A stretch of 64,000 bases of DNA. It comes from Tubiluchus corallicola (taxonomy: Eukaryota > Animalia > Priapulida). Where the stretch lies: positions 1 through 64,000 of the forward strand of contig JAQGDQ010000928.1 of assembly GCA_030141605.1 (NCBI GenBank), read 5' to 3'. Shown piece by piece: positions 54,820 through 64,000 of the stretch; the stretch's first letter is position 1, and the number at the start of each line of letters is the position of its first letter. A program made the translations under genes and the position numbers. A model generated the notes under the pieces. That model did no database searches, was not told the DNA's origin, and saw nothing but the letters and a program-made list of their open reading frames with translations.

Positions 54820-56592
54820 CTAAAATAATATTAATGTTACAGTTAAAGTTACCATGTATTATAAGGTCATACTTTAACGTTTAATATTACTGTTACAATC
54901 AAAGCATTTTTATATTATAAGGTAATACCTTAGTGCTATAAAATAGAATAGTACCATTTTAAGGACGAGAACGTCATCAATCATGTTTCTTTATGTATAA
55001 GGTAAGTACAAGTTTTATGTATAACGAAAGTGTTTAGAGTATGAACATTTTTCGATTCCCGGGAGAGCATTTCCCGTGTGTGACGTTTAAATGTCACATA
55101 CGGCATGCTTATGCATATCGAGGCTGTTCATGCAACTATTTTATTAAAACATTTAGTACGAGTTCAAAACATTTAGTACCAGTTCAAGCCCGGACACGAC
55201 TTAACACCACAAGAATATATATCGGTAAGTACATTACGAACATTAACATGAAGCCGTCCCCCCCCCTCACTCATGACTTTACATAGAAGGCGATCAGACT
55301 TTCATTTTCTTAATTTATGACACGCGGACTCTTAAGAAGTTTCACTAAGAAACCGCGCTGAGCCACGCAGGCGTCGTGTTTCATTCATGACTTTCACTTT
55401 CGTAATTTACGACCCAGGATTCCCAAGCTTTAAGAATACTTCTCTCCTAGAAGCCATATAAAGATCGTGTTTCATTCCTACTGATACATGCTGGGTACAT
55501 ACACGGCAACGAACCATATGAGCGCTAAAAGTCTTAGCCCATAAAATGGCCCCCCGTGAATGACGCCCAATGTTATGCTTCTAAACGTCACATAAACTTA
55601 CACTGGGGCTTACCACGCCTAAAGACACTCAGAGACTTTTATTTAATGCGCTTCCCTTCAGATAATGTAGCGTATAAATTTACTTAACAACTACACAAGT
55701 TCCAGAGAGGGATATTGCTTAAATGATTCAAGAATATTTGCACAACGTTCTAATGATTGACAGAATAATTGTGTATTGCTGTAACGATTTTAAAGAATAT
55801 TTCAAAAAGAGTATTTAGATATTGTTTTATCGACATTAGGAGGATATCTTACGGTATATCACTAAGTGTAATTAAATAAATACTTAACACAGCAACGAAC
55901 ATTTACGCTGTATTACTCTATAAAAAGAATTTCTATTCAACAAGCCCCATTGAAGTACTAGAACGAATAACCAACATATTAAACTAAGATTATAGCTAGA
56001 TTAAACTCGGAATTTCTAATTCAGATAACCGACTTGAATAAATGTATTGATCAAACGTTTTAGTCTAGAGTTTTAATTACTACAATCATTTCAAAACGGA
56101 TAAAAATGACCATTTATAACTTATACATTTTAAATTCTAACGACCATTTACGAGAAAGTTAAAACCAACTAACTGTCAGAAAATATAATCCATCTCACGT
56201 TTAGCTATAATTCAACTCACCCCTAGTTAATTACGGCAAATTACGCGCATCACTAGACAATGATAAAAGATTATATATAGTCTAGACAAGTGTCTGTTAA
56301 AACCGAACGCGCGGACTCATCAACGCAGAGTATTATCACCAAATTAGTAATTCTTCATGCAGTAGAAAAAAAAAGGTATTTTCCTTGTAGACTCTAATCA
56401 GCGAATATTCGATTATTGTATAATGACTTATGATGCTAAATACAAACATACCTTCCTTGCGATCCGCCTTGATCCATAATGCATAGTCACACTTCTATAT
56501 ATATATGATATGTCCACATAAAGGATAAATATTTTTTTTTCTTTTCAAATTTTAGGATTTTTTTTAAATTTTTTTTTAATTTTCCACTTTTC

Positions 56593-57147
56593 TTAGCACT
56601 TCACCGCTAACCACCTTTCTTCCGTTCCCTCCTCCCAGTTGCGTTTATATACTCTCATCACCCGTGCCAGGTCCCATATTGTTATTATGTTATGTGCCGC
56701 GGTGCAGATACAAAAATTCTCTCGGTTGATAAAGCGGACCCGGCCGGGCGCGTATTTGGTCAGTAAATTTGCCATAACTGGCATCCCATGAATACTGCTC
56801 AGTTTTAGCACCACTAGTTCTTCCTGTAAAAGGAATATAAATCTTTATTAAAAGTCCTCGAGACAAATTTTCTTTTAACTGCAGAATTAGCAATCTAGTG
56901 ATTTTAACATAATAGTCCTTACCTCAAAAAAAAAAAACAAAACAAAAAAAAAACCATTACTTACTCCATCAATGATGGACTTGCCGCAGAAAAGCTCGCA
57001 TGTGCCAGGCAAGTACGTCATTTTTAGAGCACGACTAAGTTGGTCATGCAACTGTGCCCGTTCATCCAAAACATCGTAAAAGTTCCCGCTCGTAATTTCG
57101 AGCTCTACTGCCAATAAGTAGGCATCTCTCGGTACTTCACATTCCAT
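56593..57147 (-). CDS. Putative two-exon antisense gene inside the element (exons 57147-56965 and 56823-56593; 137 aa, unknown function)
   Basis: AAAATGG start, GGA|GTAAGT donor, TTCCTTTTACAG acceptor joining in frame; GC-richer coding blocks between AT-rich flanks. Confidence 0.6.
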
Positions 57148-57970
57148 TTTTATTATTATTTTGAAACTAGTAAAACTGGTGAAACTAGAAAAAAAACTGA
57201 ATACTTTGCACAACTGATTAAGACGCCTTGACCACACGAACAGAAATTACGAAGAGGGACTGACCAACAACTGCAAGTCTCTTTTATGTGAGAGGCCTGG
57301 GAACTTTCGTATACTGCGTATAGAATTTGACTCCGTTTGGGCCCCAATGCTCATTACTAAGCGATAAAAGTACTAATAGTGAAAACCCTAGACGCAAAAC
57401 CGAAGCTTAACGACCATTCTGATCTACAACTTATCCTGAGAAAGGGGACTGCAAAATCTTTTCCCACGGACATTAACTGGCTTTAAGAAGAAAGATGAAT
57501 TGTTTTTACTATTAGCTGTCCAGGCCAAAATTATTGCAAGTGGACACGTGCTTCACTCGCCCCCCTTTGATCAACGCTGATCGGATTTCAAGACTCACCA
57601 AATAAGTCGAGATTGTTAATTGAGCCACACTTATTTACGCATGCGCACATGCGCCAGGGATACACCTTTAAAATAACTGTCCGTTACCTACTAAATCCAT
57701 TCATCCAGATTTTTCTTATAGTAAGGGACTCTGAATAGACGTTAAGATAATTTTGCCTTGAATACACATTAATCTTAATAATTTTTGCTGTGAATACATG
57801 TTAATCTCACCATCTCATAATTTGAATTTTTGTGAAAAAAAAAAGAGTATGGAACTTTCAGGAAATACGTAAGTTTATCTTAAATTTATTCTAACCTTAC
57901 TAATTTAGAGTCATAGAAATGATCTGTATAGGACAACCTGAATAATATTCCTTTTGAATTTTTTTTCCAG

Positions 57971-60586
57971 GACCAGTACTACAAACCTTTTATACAAAAT
58001 CCTAATATTGGCAATATTCTTAAATCTGTACATTCTAATTCCTTACAATCATTCCCAAATCCAGCTCCCTTTAAAACAGGCCCAGGGGTTATATTTAAAC
58101 AGAAATTAAATACTCCAGTTTCTAATGCAAGATGGCTACTTATTGCGCCGATACAGTTGGACCACATTCAAGAATTTCTCACTAGAACGCTTTCCGAAAT
58201 TCAACAATTAAGATTAATTAAAAAACCTGTCACAGTGATTAAAGCCTTTAAAACTGCTATTAAAAATAGAATCAGAAATCAACAATTTCGTTTAAATTCC
58301 ATTAAGAATTTAATAGCCTCGTCTGCCCATGAATCTCACGTCGTCAAACGAAGCATTTTTCCGAATCTAGGAAAGGCATTCAAATTTTTAATCGGAACCG
58401 CGAGTGAAGAAGATCTTCGAAATCTTCAAGATCAGATTACGAGTATCTTTAATACGCAACAAAACACGCAAGATATTTTAGAAAATAACCTAGCCCTTAT
58501 CAATAGCTCGCTAATTCGCTCTGCTAGAAATACAGAGTTAATTTATGACTTAGTGAACGCATCAGTTCAAACTCGACATTACATTAACAAACTGTCAAAA
58601 CAGTTTACTGATGACTTGACTAAAACTCAACATAAATTGTTTACATTCTTGCAAACAAATTTGCTGTTTGATCACTTTATCTATAGCTTAGAAATCATTG
58701 ATCAAGAATTGAATTCGTTATCCCAAGGTTTACATCAACTAATTCTTAATAAATTACCCCCAACTTTAATAACCCCTATACACCTTCAAAAGTCTCTTAA
58801 ACAAATTGAGGACCAGCTACCACAGAGCCTAATATTTCCAGCCGATATAAATAATCAATTATTCTATTATTACGAAACAATGTCGGCATTACCTATTCAA
58901 ATTCCCGGAGGGTTTGCTATCCTAACAACATTAGATTTATATCATGTCAATCACATCTATCAAATTTTTGAAGCAATATCGATCCCAGTCCGTCGGACAT
59001 CAACCAATATTAATAAACCTGTTTATCTATATAACCAAATTGATCATCAGTATATTGCTACGAATATTGAGCAGTCACTATATTTTTTCCCAGCCAAAGA
59101 TGAAGCCTTTGCTTGTATTCAAAGCCCAAAACGTATCTGTAAGTTAGCACCAACGCCAATTTTTCCTGCAGATAGAATAGAATCATGTACAGCGGCATTG
59201 TTTTTCAAGGACACTATTAAAATAGATTTATTTTGTGATCAACGAGCAAGAATTATTAATAAACTTGGACCAGTTATTATACCTCTAACTGAGAATACTT
59301 ATTATATTAGCCCGAGTTTTGAAATTCAAGCCATAAAATCTTGTTACGTACCCCGCCAGGCTCATAAGATTGGCACCCCCCTCACCATCAAGAACCCGAT
59401 GATCCTGCAGTTAGAATCAGGGTGTGGCCTATCTTCTAAATATGCAAATTTACCAATATATTTTAAGAATCATTCAGACCTTACTTTAACTCAAACGGAC
59501 ATCCAAACAATCTTAGATACGGCACTTAATTTAAGTACTTGGAACGTTGATTTATTAGGAAGTAATTTTACGATAGGAACACTTCAAACACTGCAAGCTC
59601 TGCCGTCACGAATGACAGAGGATGAACCACTTGACTTTTCTCTTAAAGGTAGTCAAAATCTCTTATTAAAACGACAGAAGTTTTTGGACCACACTGATGA
59701 ATTATTCAAAACCAAACCGGTTGACTTTTCCAATCATAAGGGTGCATCATTGACAACATACTTATTTATAGCACTTATTATAATCTTTATTATAATTTAT
59801 GTGACTTGTCGTACGAAAATTAAGACAGCATGTTGCCCCCGTCTTATAAACACCAAACCAACTTCTACCAAGGCTAAACCACCCCGCGGTACCCATTCTA
59901 ACAAACCCAATACTCCGCCTATGACACTTCACCCTAACCCAATGACCCGTAATAGACTTCCTCAATACCAGCCTCCCAAGGAATTTATCAAAAAACCCGA
60001 ACCACGGGAACCAATTGTTCGTTATAACCCAAATAACGATTCTGTTGATTTCGTATCCGTCTTTACATTCCATTCAAGAACAGTAAAACTTCGTTTATTT
60101 CTTTTATTCTATAGTTTTACCCACGAGGCCGAAGATCACCTTTCGAAAATAGATGACAGCATAGATAAATTTCTACAAGAACTTAACGAAACCTACGAAG
60201 TCAATTATAACTTGATTCGTAACCTTTCAACACCTGAGACACCCCAAACGCCCCAATCCAACTCCACCTATGAGAATACTGAACAAATTATGCCTTTAAC
60301 CTTTTCCCTCGCACCAGACACTCCGTTATCTCCCCAGGAAATATATCACTTTTTAAAATCACCACTTCCACCAATCCCAGACTCGTTAACAGCTGCTTCC
60401 AAAGACACACAGACTGACTTGACTTGTCAACCCAGCGAAAAAATTGTTTTTACTACAACTAAACTGTCACCCACTGTTTGTACTAAACAGACACAGACAG
60501 AATTTTCGTTTCCACCAGATCTTCTTGTTCTTGTGAAACGCCCTTTATCGGAAAACGAGTTCTTTCATAAATTCGCTCCCATATAA
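57971..60586 (+). CDS. env: Envelope fusion glycoprotein (baculovirus F / errantivirus env-like), probably spliced at its 5' end
   Basis: The frame opens after a TTTTTTTCCAG acceptor; GVIFKQ...WLL N-terminal motif; KR|SIFPNLGKAFKFLIGTASEEDL cleavage site and fusion peptide; heptad region, Cys-rich region, TM LFIALIIIFIIIYV, long cytoplasmic tail. Confidence 0.88.
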   Translation, partial: DQYYKPFIQNPNIGNILKSVHSNSLQSFPNPAPFKTGPGVIFKQKLNTPVSNARWLLIAPIQLDHIQEFLTRTLSEIQQLRLIKKPVTVIKAFKTAIKNRIRNQQFRLNSIKNLIASSAHESHVVKRSIFPNLGKAFKFLIGTASEEDLRNLQDQITSIFNTQQNTQDILENNLALINSSLIRSARNTELIYDLVNASVQTRHYINKLSKQFTDDLTKTQHKLFTFLQTNLLFDHFIYSLEIIDQELNSLSQGLHQLILNKLPPTLITPIHLQKSLKQIEDQLPQSLIFPADINNQLFYYYETMSALPIQIPGGFAILTTLDLYHVNHIYQIFEAISIPVRRTSTNINKPVYLYNQIDHQYIATNIEQSLYFFPAKDEAFACIQSPKRICKLAPTPIFPADRIESCTAALFFKDTIKIDLFCDQRARIINKLGPVIIPLTENTYYISPSFEIQAIKSCYVPRQAHKIGTPLTIKNPMILQLESGCGLSSKYANLPIYFKNHSDLTLTQTDIQTILDTALNLSTWNVDLLGSNFTIGTLQTLQALPSRMTEDEPLDFSLKGSQNLLLKRQKFLDHTDELFKTKPVDFSNHKGASLTTYLFIALIIIFIIIYVTCRTKIKTACCPRLINTKPTSTKAKPPRGTHSNKPNTPPMTLHPNPMTRNRLPQYQPPKEFIKKPEPREPIVRYNPNNDSVDFVSVFTFHSRTVKLRLFLLFYSFTHEAEDHLSKIDDSIDKFLQELNETYEVNYNLIRNLSTPETPQTPQSNSTYENTEQIMPLTFSLAPDTPLSPQEIYHFLKSPLPPIPDSLTAASKDTQTDLTCQPSEKIVFTTTKLSPTVCTKQTQTEFSFPPDLLVLVKRPLSENEFFHKFAPI

Positions 60587-60646
60587 TTTATATAAAGTTT
60601 GATTCAACGCTAATTTGTGATGTATAGATATGTTTCATTTTGCAGC

Positions 60647-60805
60647 ATGAATACGCTACGATCTAACCCCCCTACCGACGAAGTTATATCACGTCGCGCG
60701 TATATTACAGTCGTACTTTTGACACTACTTGTATTCTGCATAATAATAACGGGAATACTGTTTGCAGTCTGGGAAAGAAAATGTGAACTGCTGGGAAAAC
60801 AATAA
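60647..60805 (+). CDS. Small single-pass membrane protein (52 aa), putative accessory ORF
   Basis: ATG directly after a TTTCATTTTGCAG acceptor; hydrophobic segment YITVVLLTLLVFCIIITGILFAVW flanked by basic residues; AATAAA overlaps the stop. Confidence 0.55.
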   Translation: MNTLRSNPPTDEVISRRAYITVVLLTLLVFCIIITGILFAVWERKCELLGKQ

Positions 60806-61256
60806 AAGGGATGAAGAATTGAAATGTTGCCTTGAATAATATATGAGTAATTGTATAATGAGTATGACTGGATACCTTAACCTATTTTCCATATATCATT
60901 CTTTCCTTTTTTACCTTAACCTTAAAACCCTGCCTAGCACGTGCAAGAAGCCAGCCGGCTTCATCTCAACAAGACAGCTATCGACCGCCGGAAGTCAGCA
61001 CGGAAATCCATCGTACACACCGAGCGACGCAGCCAAGCCAAGCCAGTGATCATAGTAGTACACAAACTTTGCAGCTGTCTTTGCTAATGTTTGCTAATCG
61101 CTCTAGAACTAGTCTACGTAAACTACAGAACAACTATTTTGTGAAATTGTGTAAACCAGAGCCCTAGTTGATATATGGTGAACAGCATCAAAGAAAACTT
61201 TGTTCCGGTGAACAGCATTAAAAATAACTTCGTTCTACGTTTCATTTACCAGTGCA

Positions 61257-61616
61257 ATGAAACTAAATATGAAACTAAATATTCGAGTATTAGCAACTTA
61301 CACATATCAAAAACCACCTTTCAGGAAAACCTACTACCTCGTAAATTATAAAGGAGCTCAGTTTATTATCTTAGAATTACTACATACGAAATATTTTAGA
61401 AGATATCCGTTGAGTGTAATTAACTTTAAACCGTACTTTGATCGATATTTAACAATGAGGATGATTAAACATCGTGTTTCGCAAAATGTGAATCAAGCAA
61501 CTGTACCTACTATAAATTGTCAGGACTTTATAAATTGTCAGGACTTTATGCGCTGTCAGAACTATTTTAAACACTTAATGGGAGAACCACATATTTGTGT
61601 CGACGATATAATTTAA
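61257..61616 (+). CDS. Orphan 119-aa ORF
   Basis: ATG-initiated ORF between env and the receptor ORF; RKTYYLVNYKG weakly recalls the chromodomain YLVKWKG motif; internal INCQDF duplication. Confidence 0.4.
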   Translation: MKLNMKLNIRVLATYTYQKPPFRKTYYLVNYKGAQFIILELLHTKYFRRYPLSVINFKPYFDRYLTMRMIKHRVSQNVNQATVPTINCQDFINCQDFMRCQNYFKHLMGEPHICVDDII

Positions 61617-61711
61617 AAGAAACCTTTAGACTAACATATGTTGATGGTGCAAGAACATTCGGCCTTCGCTACATTATAAAGACGTTTAAAACGTTGTGTA
61701 ATTGTTTAGCC

Positions 61712-62578
61712 ATGTCAGACACGGTTATACAAAGCTGCCTAGTCTGTTCTGCAGCAGCTTTCATTAAACACTATGGCAAATTAACGTGTAACGCGTGCCG
61801 CTATTTTTTTTACAGAAAGCAGCACGTTAAAAATGTATGTTCTAAACGTGGCTGTGTTGGAAATTGTCGTATTACCCCAGACACCAGACGTCATTGTCAA
61901 CTTTGTAGATTTAACAAATGTATAGCCGTTGGTTTACAGCCAACTTCACCTCGTTTTGGGAGGTCATCTAAATCTCGTCAGAATCGTCTCAAAGCTAAAC
62001 TTAATTATCGGGTCAAATCTATTAACCGGATGGCAAACCAACTTCTACCTGTCGCCGTAAGAATCACAATTCAGAAGGCATGCCAACAACCCGAATTACA
62101 AACATTACCTGTCGAAGACCAGAAAATTCTACTAAAATCTGGCGCTCCAAGTATAATTCTAATTTGGCTAAATACACTTATTAATTTCGTGTCGCTTGCC
62201 CAAGAATTAGTGCCGCAACATCAACTCAGTGATTTCGATGAGTTTACACAACAACTTTATAGAACTGCACAGGCGATTATGCTAGTTAGACCAACGCAAG
62301 ACGAGTTGGAAATCTTAACAAACATCTTACTCTATGACTCAACTTGCCTTAATTTACAACGTCCAGACCGAGTGGCTCATTTTCACTCTCGGTGGATAGA
62401 ACGATTTAATTGTGAAATAGCACTTCACTGGCCTTCTAGATTCACCTCGCAAATGGGGGCTTTAAGCAACTTCCAGGCTTTATATCAAGCAGTAATCGCT
62501 TTTGCGACACGACTGAAGTCTGTTCAGCTCAACTTGGATCAAAACACTTGTTTTCAGACAGAGGAAGAGAATGAATGA
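61712..62578 (+). CDS. Intronless nuclear receptor (C4 zinc-finger DBD plus shortened LBD), NR1-like, 288 aa
   Basis: GCCATG start; C-x2-C-x13-C-x2-C with HYG; C-x9-C-x2-C-RFNKC-x3-GL; RFGRSSK C-terminal extension; LBD signature LPVEDQKILLKSG and H8-H9-like TQDELEILTNILLY. Confidence 0.92.
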   Translation: MSDTVIQSCLVCSAAAFIKHYGKLTCNACRYFFYRKQHVKNVCSKRGCVGNCRITPDTRRHCQLCRFNKCIAVGLQPTSPRFGRSSKSRQNRLKAKLNYRVKSINRMANQLLPVAVRITIQKACQQPELQTLPVEDQKILLKSGAPSIILIWLNTLINFVSLAQELVPQHQLSDFDEFTQQLYRTAQAIMLVRPTQDELEILTNILLYDSTCLNLQRPDRVAHFHSRWIERFNCEIALHWPSRFTSQMGALSNFQALYQAVIAFATRLKSVQLNLDQNTCFQTEEENE

Positions 62579-62579
62579 A

Positions 62580-63290
62580 AAATGAATAACATTACTGTAT
62601 ACTTATATTTTGAACTTTAAGAATAATGTTCAACATTTTGATCATTTTGATACAATTTTAACATGGAGATTCAATGAATAAATGAATAACATTGTGTGTT
62701 CAATGTATAATATGATGTTAAAGGAATAATATTGAATAACCGTGTGTATTCATATATGATGTCAAATGAAAGATATTGAATGACACTGTGTACTTATATT
62801 ATGGATGAAATGATGAAATATTGAACAACCGTGTGTACTTATATAGGATGTCAAATGAATGATTGTGTATGTATATTATGAAATGATGAATAACGTTGTA
62901 TACTTATATTTTGAAATGCGTCCAATAATGTTGTGTTCCTGTATTTTGAAATGAAATGTTGGATAGTATAATGTTGATTTTGCACGACGTGTGTATTTAT
63001 ATTGTATAATGATTGATGATTCATCGATGTCAGATTGTCATTTATACTTTTATGACCGTGATGGATGACGGATGATTTATTGATGCAGATTGTCACTTAT
63101 ATTTTATGACGGTGACTAATGATTCAGATTGTCACTTATATTTTATGACGGTGACTAATGATTCAGATCGTCACTTATATTTTATGACGGTGATTGACGA
63201 CTCAGGTGACGACTCAGGTTGTCATTGATATCGTTTGATAATGATTGATGATTCAGGTTGTCAGCTGATGACTTATAGCTGATGACATAT
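62580..63290. repeat. AT-rich degenerate tandem repeats in the element's 3' untranslated region
   Basis: For example the 39-bp unit GATTCAGATTGTCACTTATATTTTATGACGGTGACTAAT, about 3 copies at 63086-63195, and recurring GAATAAC..TGTGTA units. Confidence 0.75.
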
Positions 63291-63942
63291 ATATATATCT
63301 ATTTTGCCTTGATTTACGTAAATTTATATCCTGACTTGACTTGTATTCGGAATGGTATTTTAAATGGTATCAGTTGAACTCATATAATTACTCCTATAAC
63401 TATATATCTCAATAGCATAGTTGATACGATAAAGAAAATCGATTAGGATAGTATACTGCATGATTGGACCTATACACTCGTATATTGTGCGCTTACTTAT
63501 ATAGTTTGCATATATATATTAGAAACTCTGATAAATGTTACACGTATGTATCAACTGTGTGTTTAATAATATTTGTATATCTCATTAGCCTAGTTATACT
63601 TACTAAGGATGATAACATGATAAGGAAAATTGCTTGCTATACTAGATTTAACCGGTATACCTCACCTGTCCATATTACTGTTATCAATGTTGTAAATGTA
63701 TAGTTTAGTATAAGGACGAGCAAGCCTCGTGCCTCCATACTCACAAGGACATTCGGATTGCCTAGATATTTTAATTAGATATTTTAAATCAGATATTTTA
63801 CTTAGATATTTTAACTGGATATTTTACTCACATATTTTAAAAATCAGATATCTTAAATCACATATTGGTCATGTATTTTAGACAGATGATATAATATTAA
63901 AATTATCTAATCTGCCAGCCCCGAGGGAACTAACTTCCTTTT

Positions 63943-63953
63943 AGGAAGAGAGG
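63943..63953 (+). other. Polypurine tract
   Basis: AGGAAGAGAGG, preceded by a T-run and immediately before the 3' LTR start. Confidence 0.8.
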
Positions 63954-64000
63954 AGTAAAGAGAAGATGATAATTGTATGATTAGTATTAGCAGTTCAGAA
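63954..64000 (+). repeat. 3' LTR (first 47 bp)
   Basis: 46 of 47 nt identical to the 5' LTR start. Confidence 0.9.

Larger units (their letters stand above)
47790..64000 (+). mobile_element. Env-bearing Ty3/gypsy LTR retroelement (errantivirus-like endogenous retrovirus), over 16 kb, 3' LTR cut by the window end
   Basis: LTR-PBS-gag-pro-RT-RH-IN-env-accessory ORFs-PPT-LTR in the correct order; 63954-64000 matches 47790-47836 at 46 of 47 nt. Confidence 0.95.

Noticed and set aside
57849-57868. Mini-exon ATGGAACTTTCAGGAAATAC|GTAAGT as the env leader
   Set aside because: It ends in phase 2 while the env acceptor needs phase 0, and it encodes no signal peptide; left unresolved.
61595-61711. GTG-initiated N-terminal extension of the receptor ORF
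   Set aside because: Non-ATG start in a eukaryote; the GCCATG at 61712 just before the DBD is more plausible.
61712-62578. Ordinary host nuclear receptor gene next to the element
   Set aside because: It is intronless, co-oriented with env, and upstream of the PPT and second LTR, so it is internal to the element.

Overview
AT-rich, intron-containing animal (invertebrate-like) genomic DNA. The left 47 kb holds five 5' coding exons of a DEG/ENaC channel gene (minus strand), an 8-exon coiled-coil/Ser-rich gene of unknown identity (plus strand), broken TTLL4-like exons, decayed transposon remnants (CR1 and L2 LINEs, hAT, SINE, MITE) and many tandem repeats. The right 16 kb (47790 to window end) is one very large Ty3/gypsy endogenous-retrovirus-like element. 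It has AGT...ACT LTR ends, gag, a -1 frameshift signal, pol, and a baculovirus-F/errantivirus-type env. Between its LTRs it also carries unexpected cargo: an intronless, divergent NR1-type (ROR/HR3 or Rev-erb/E75-like) nuclear receptor, a probable spliced antisense gene, a small membrane protein ORF and an orphan 119-aa ORF. The captured nuclear receptor, conceptually like v-erbA, is the main candidate for an undescribed system. All family calls come from motif recognition by eye; no searches were run.
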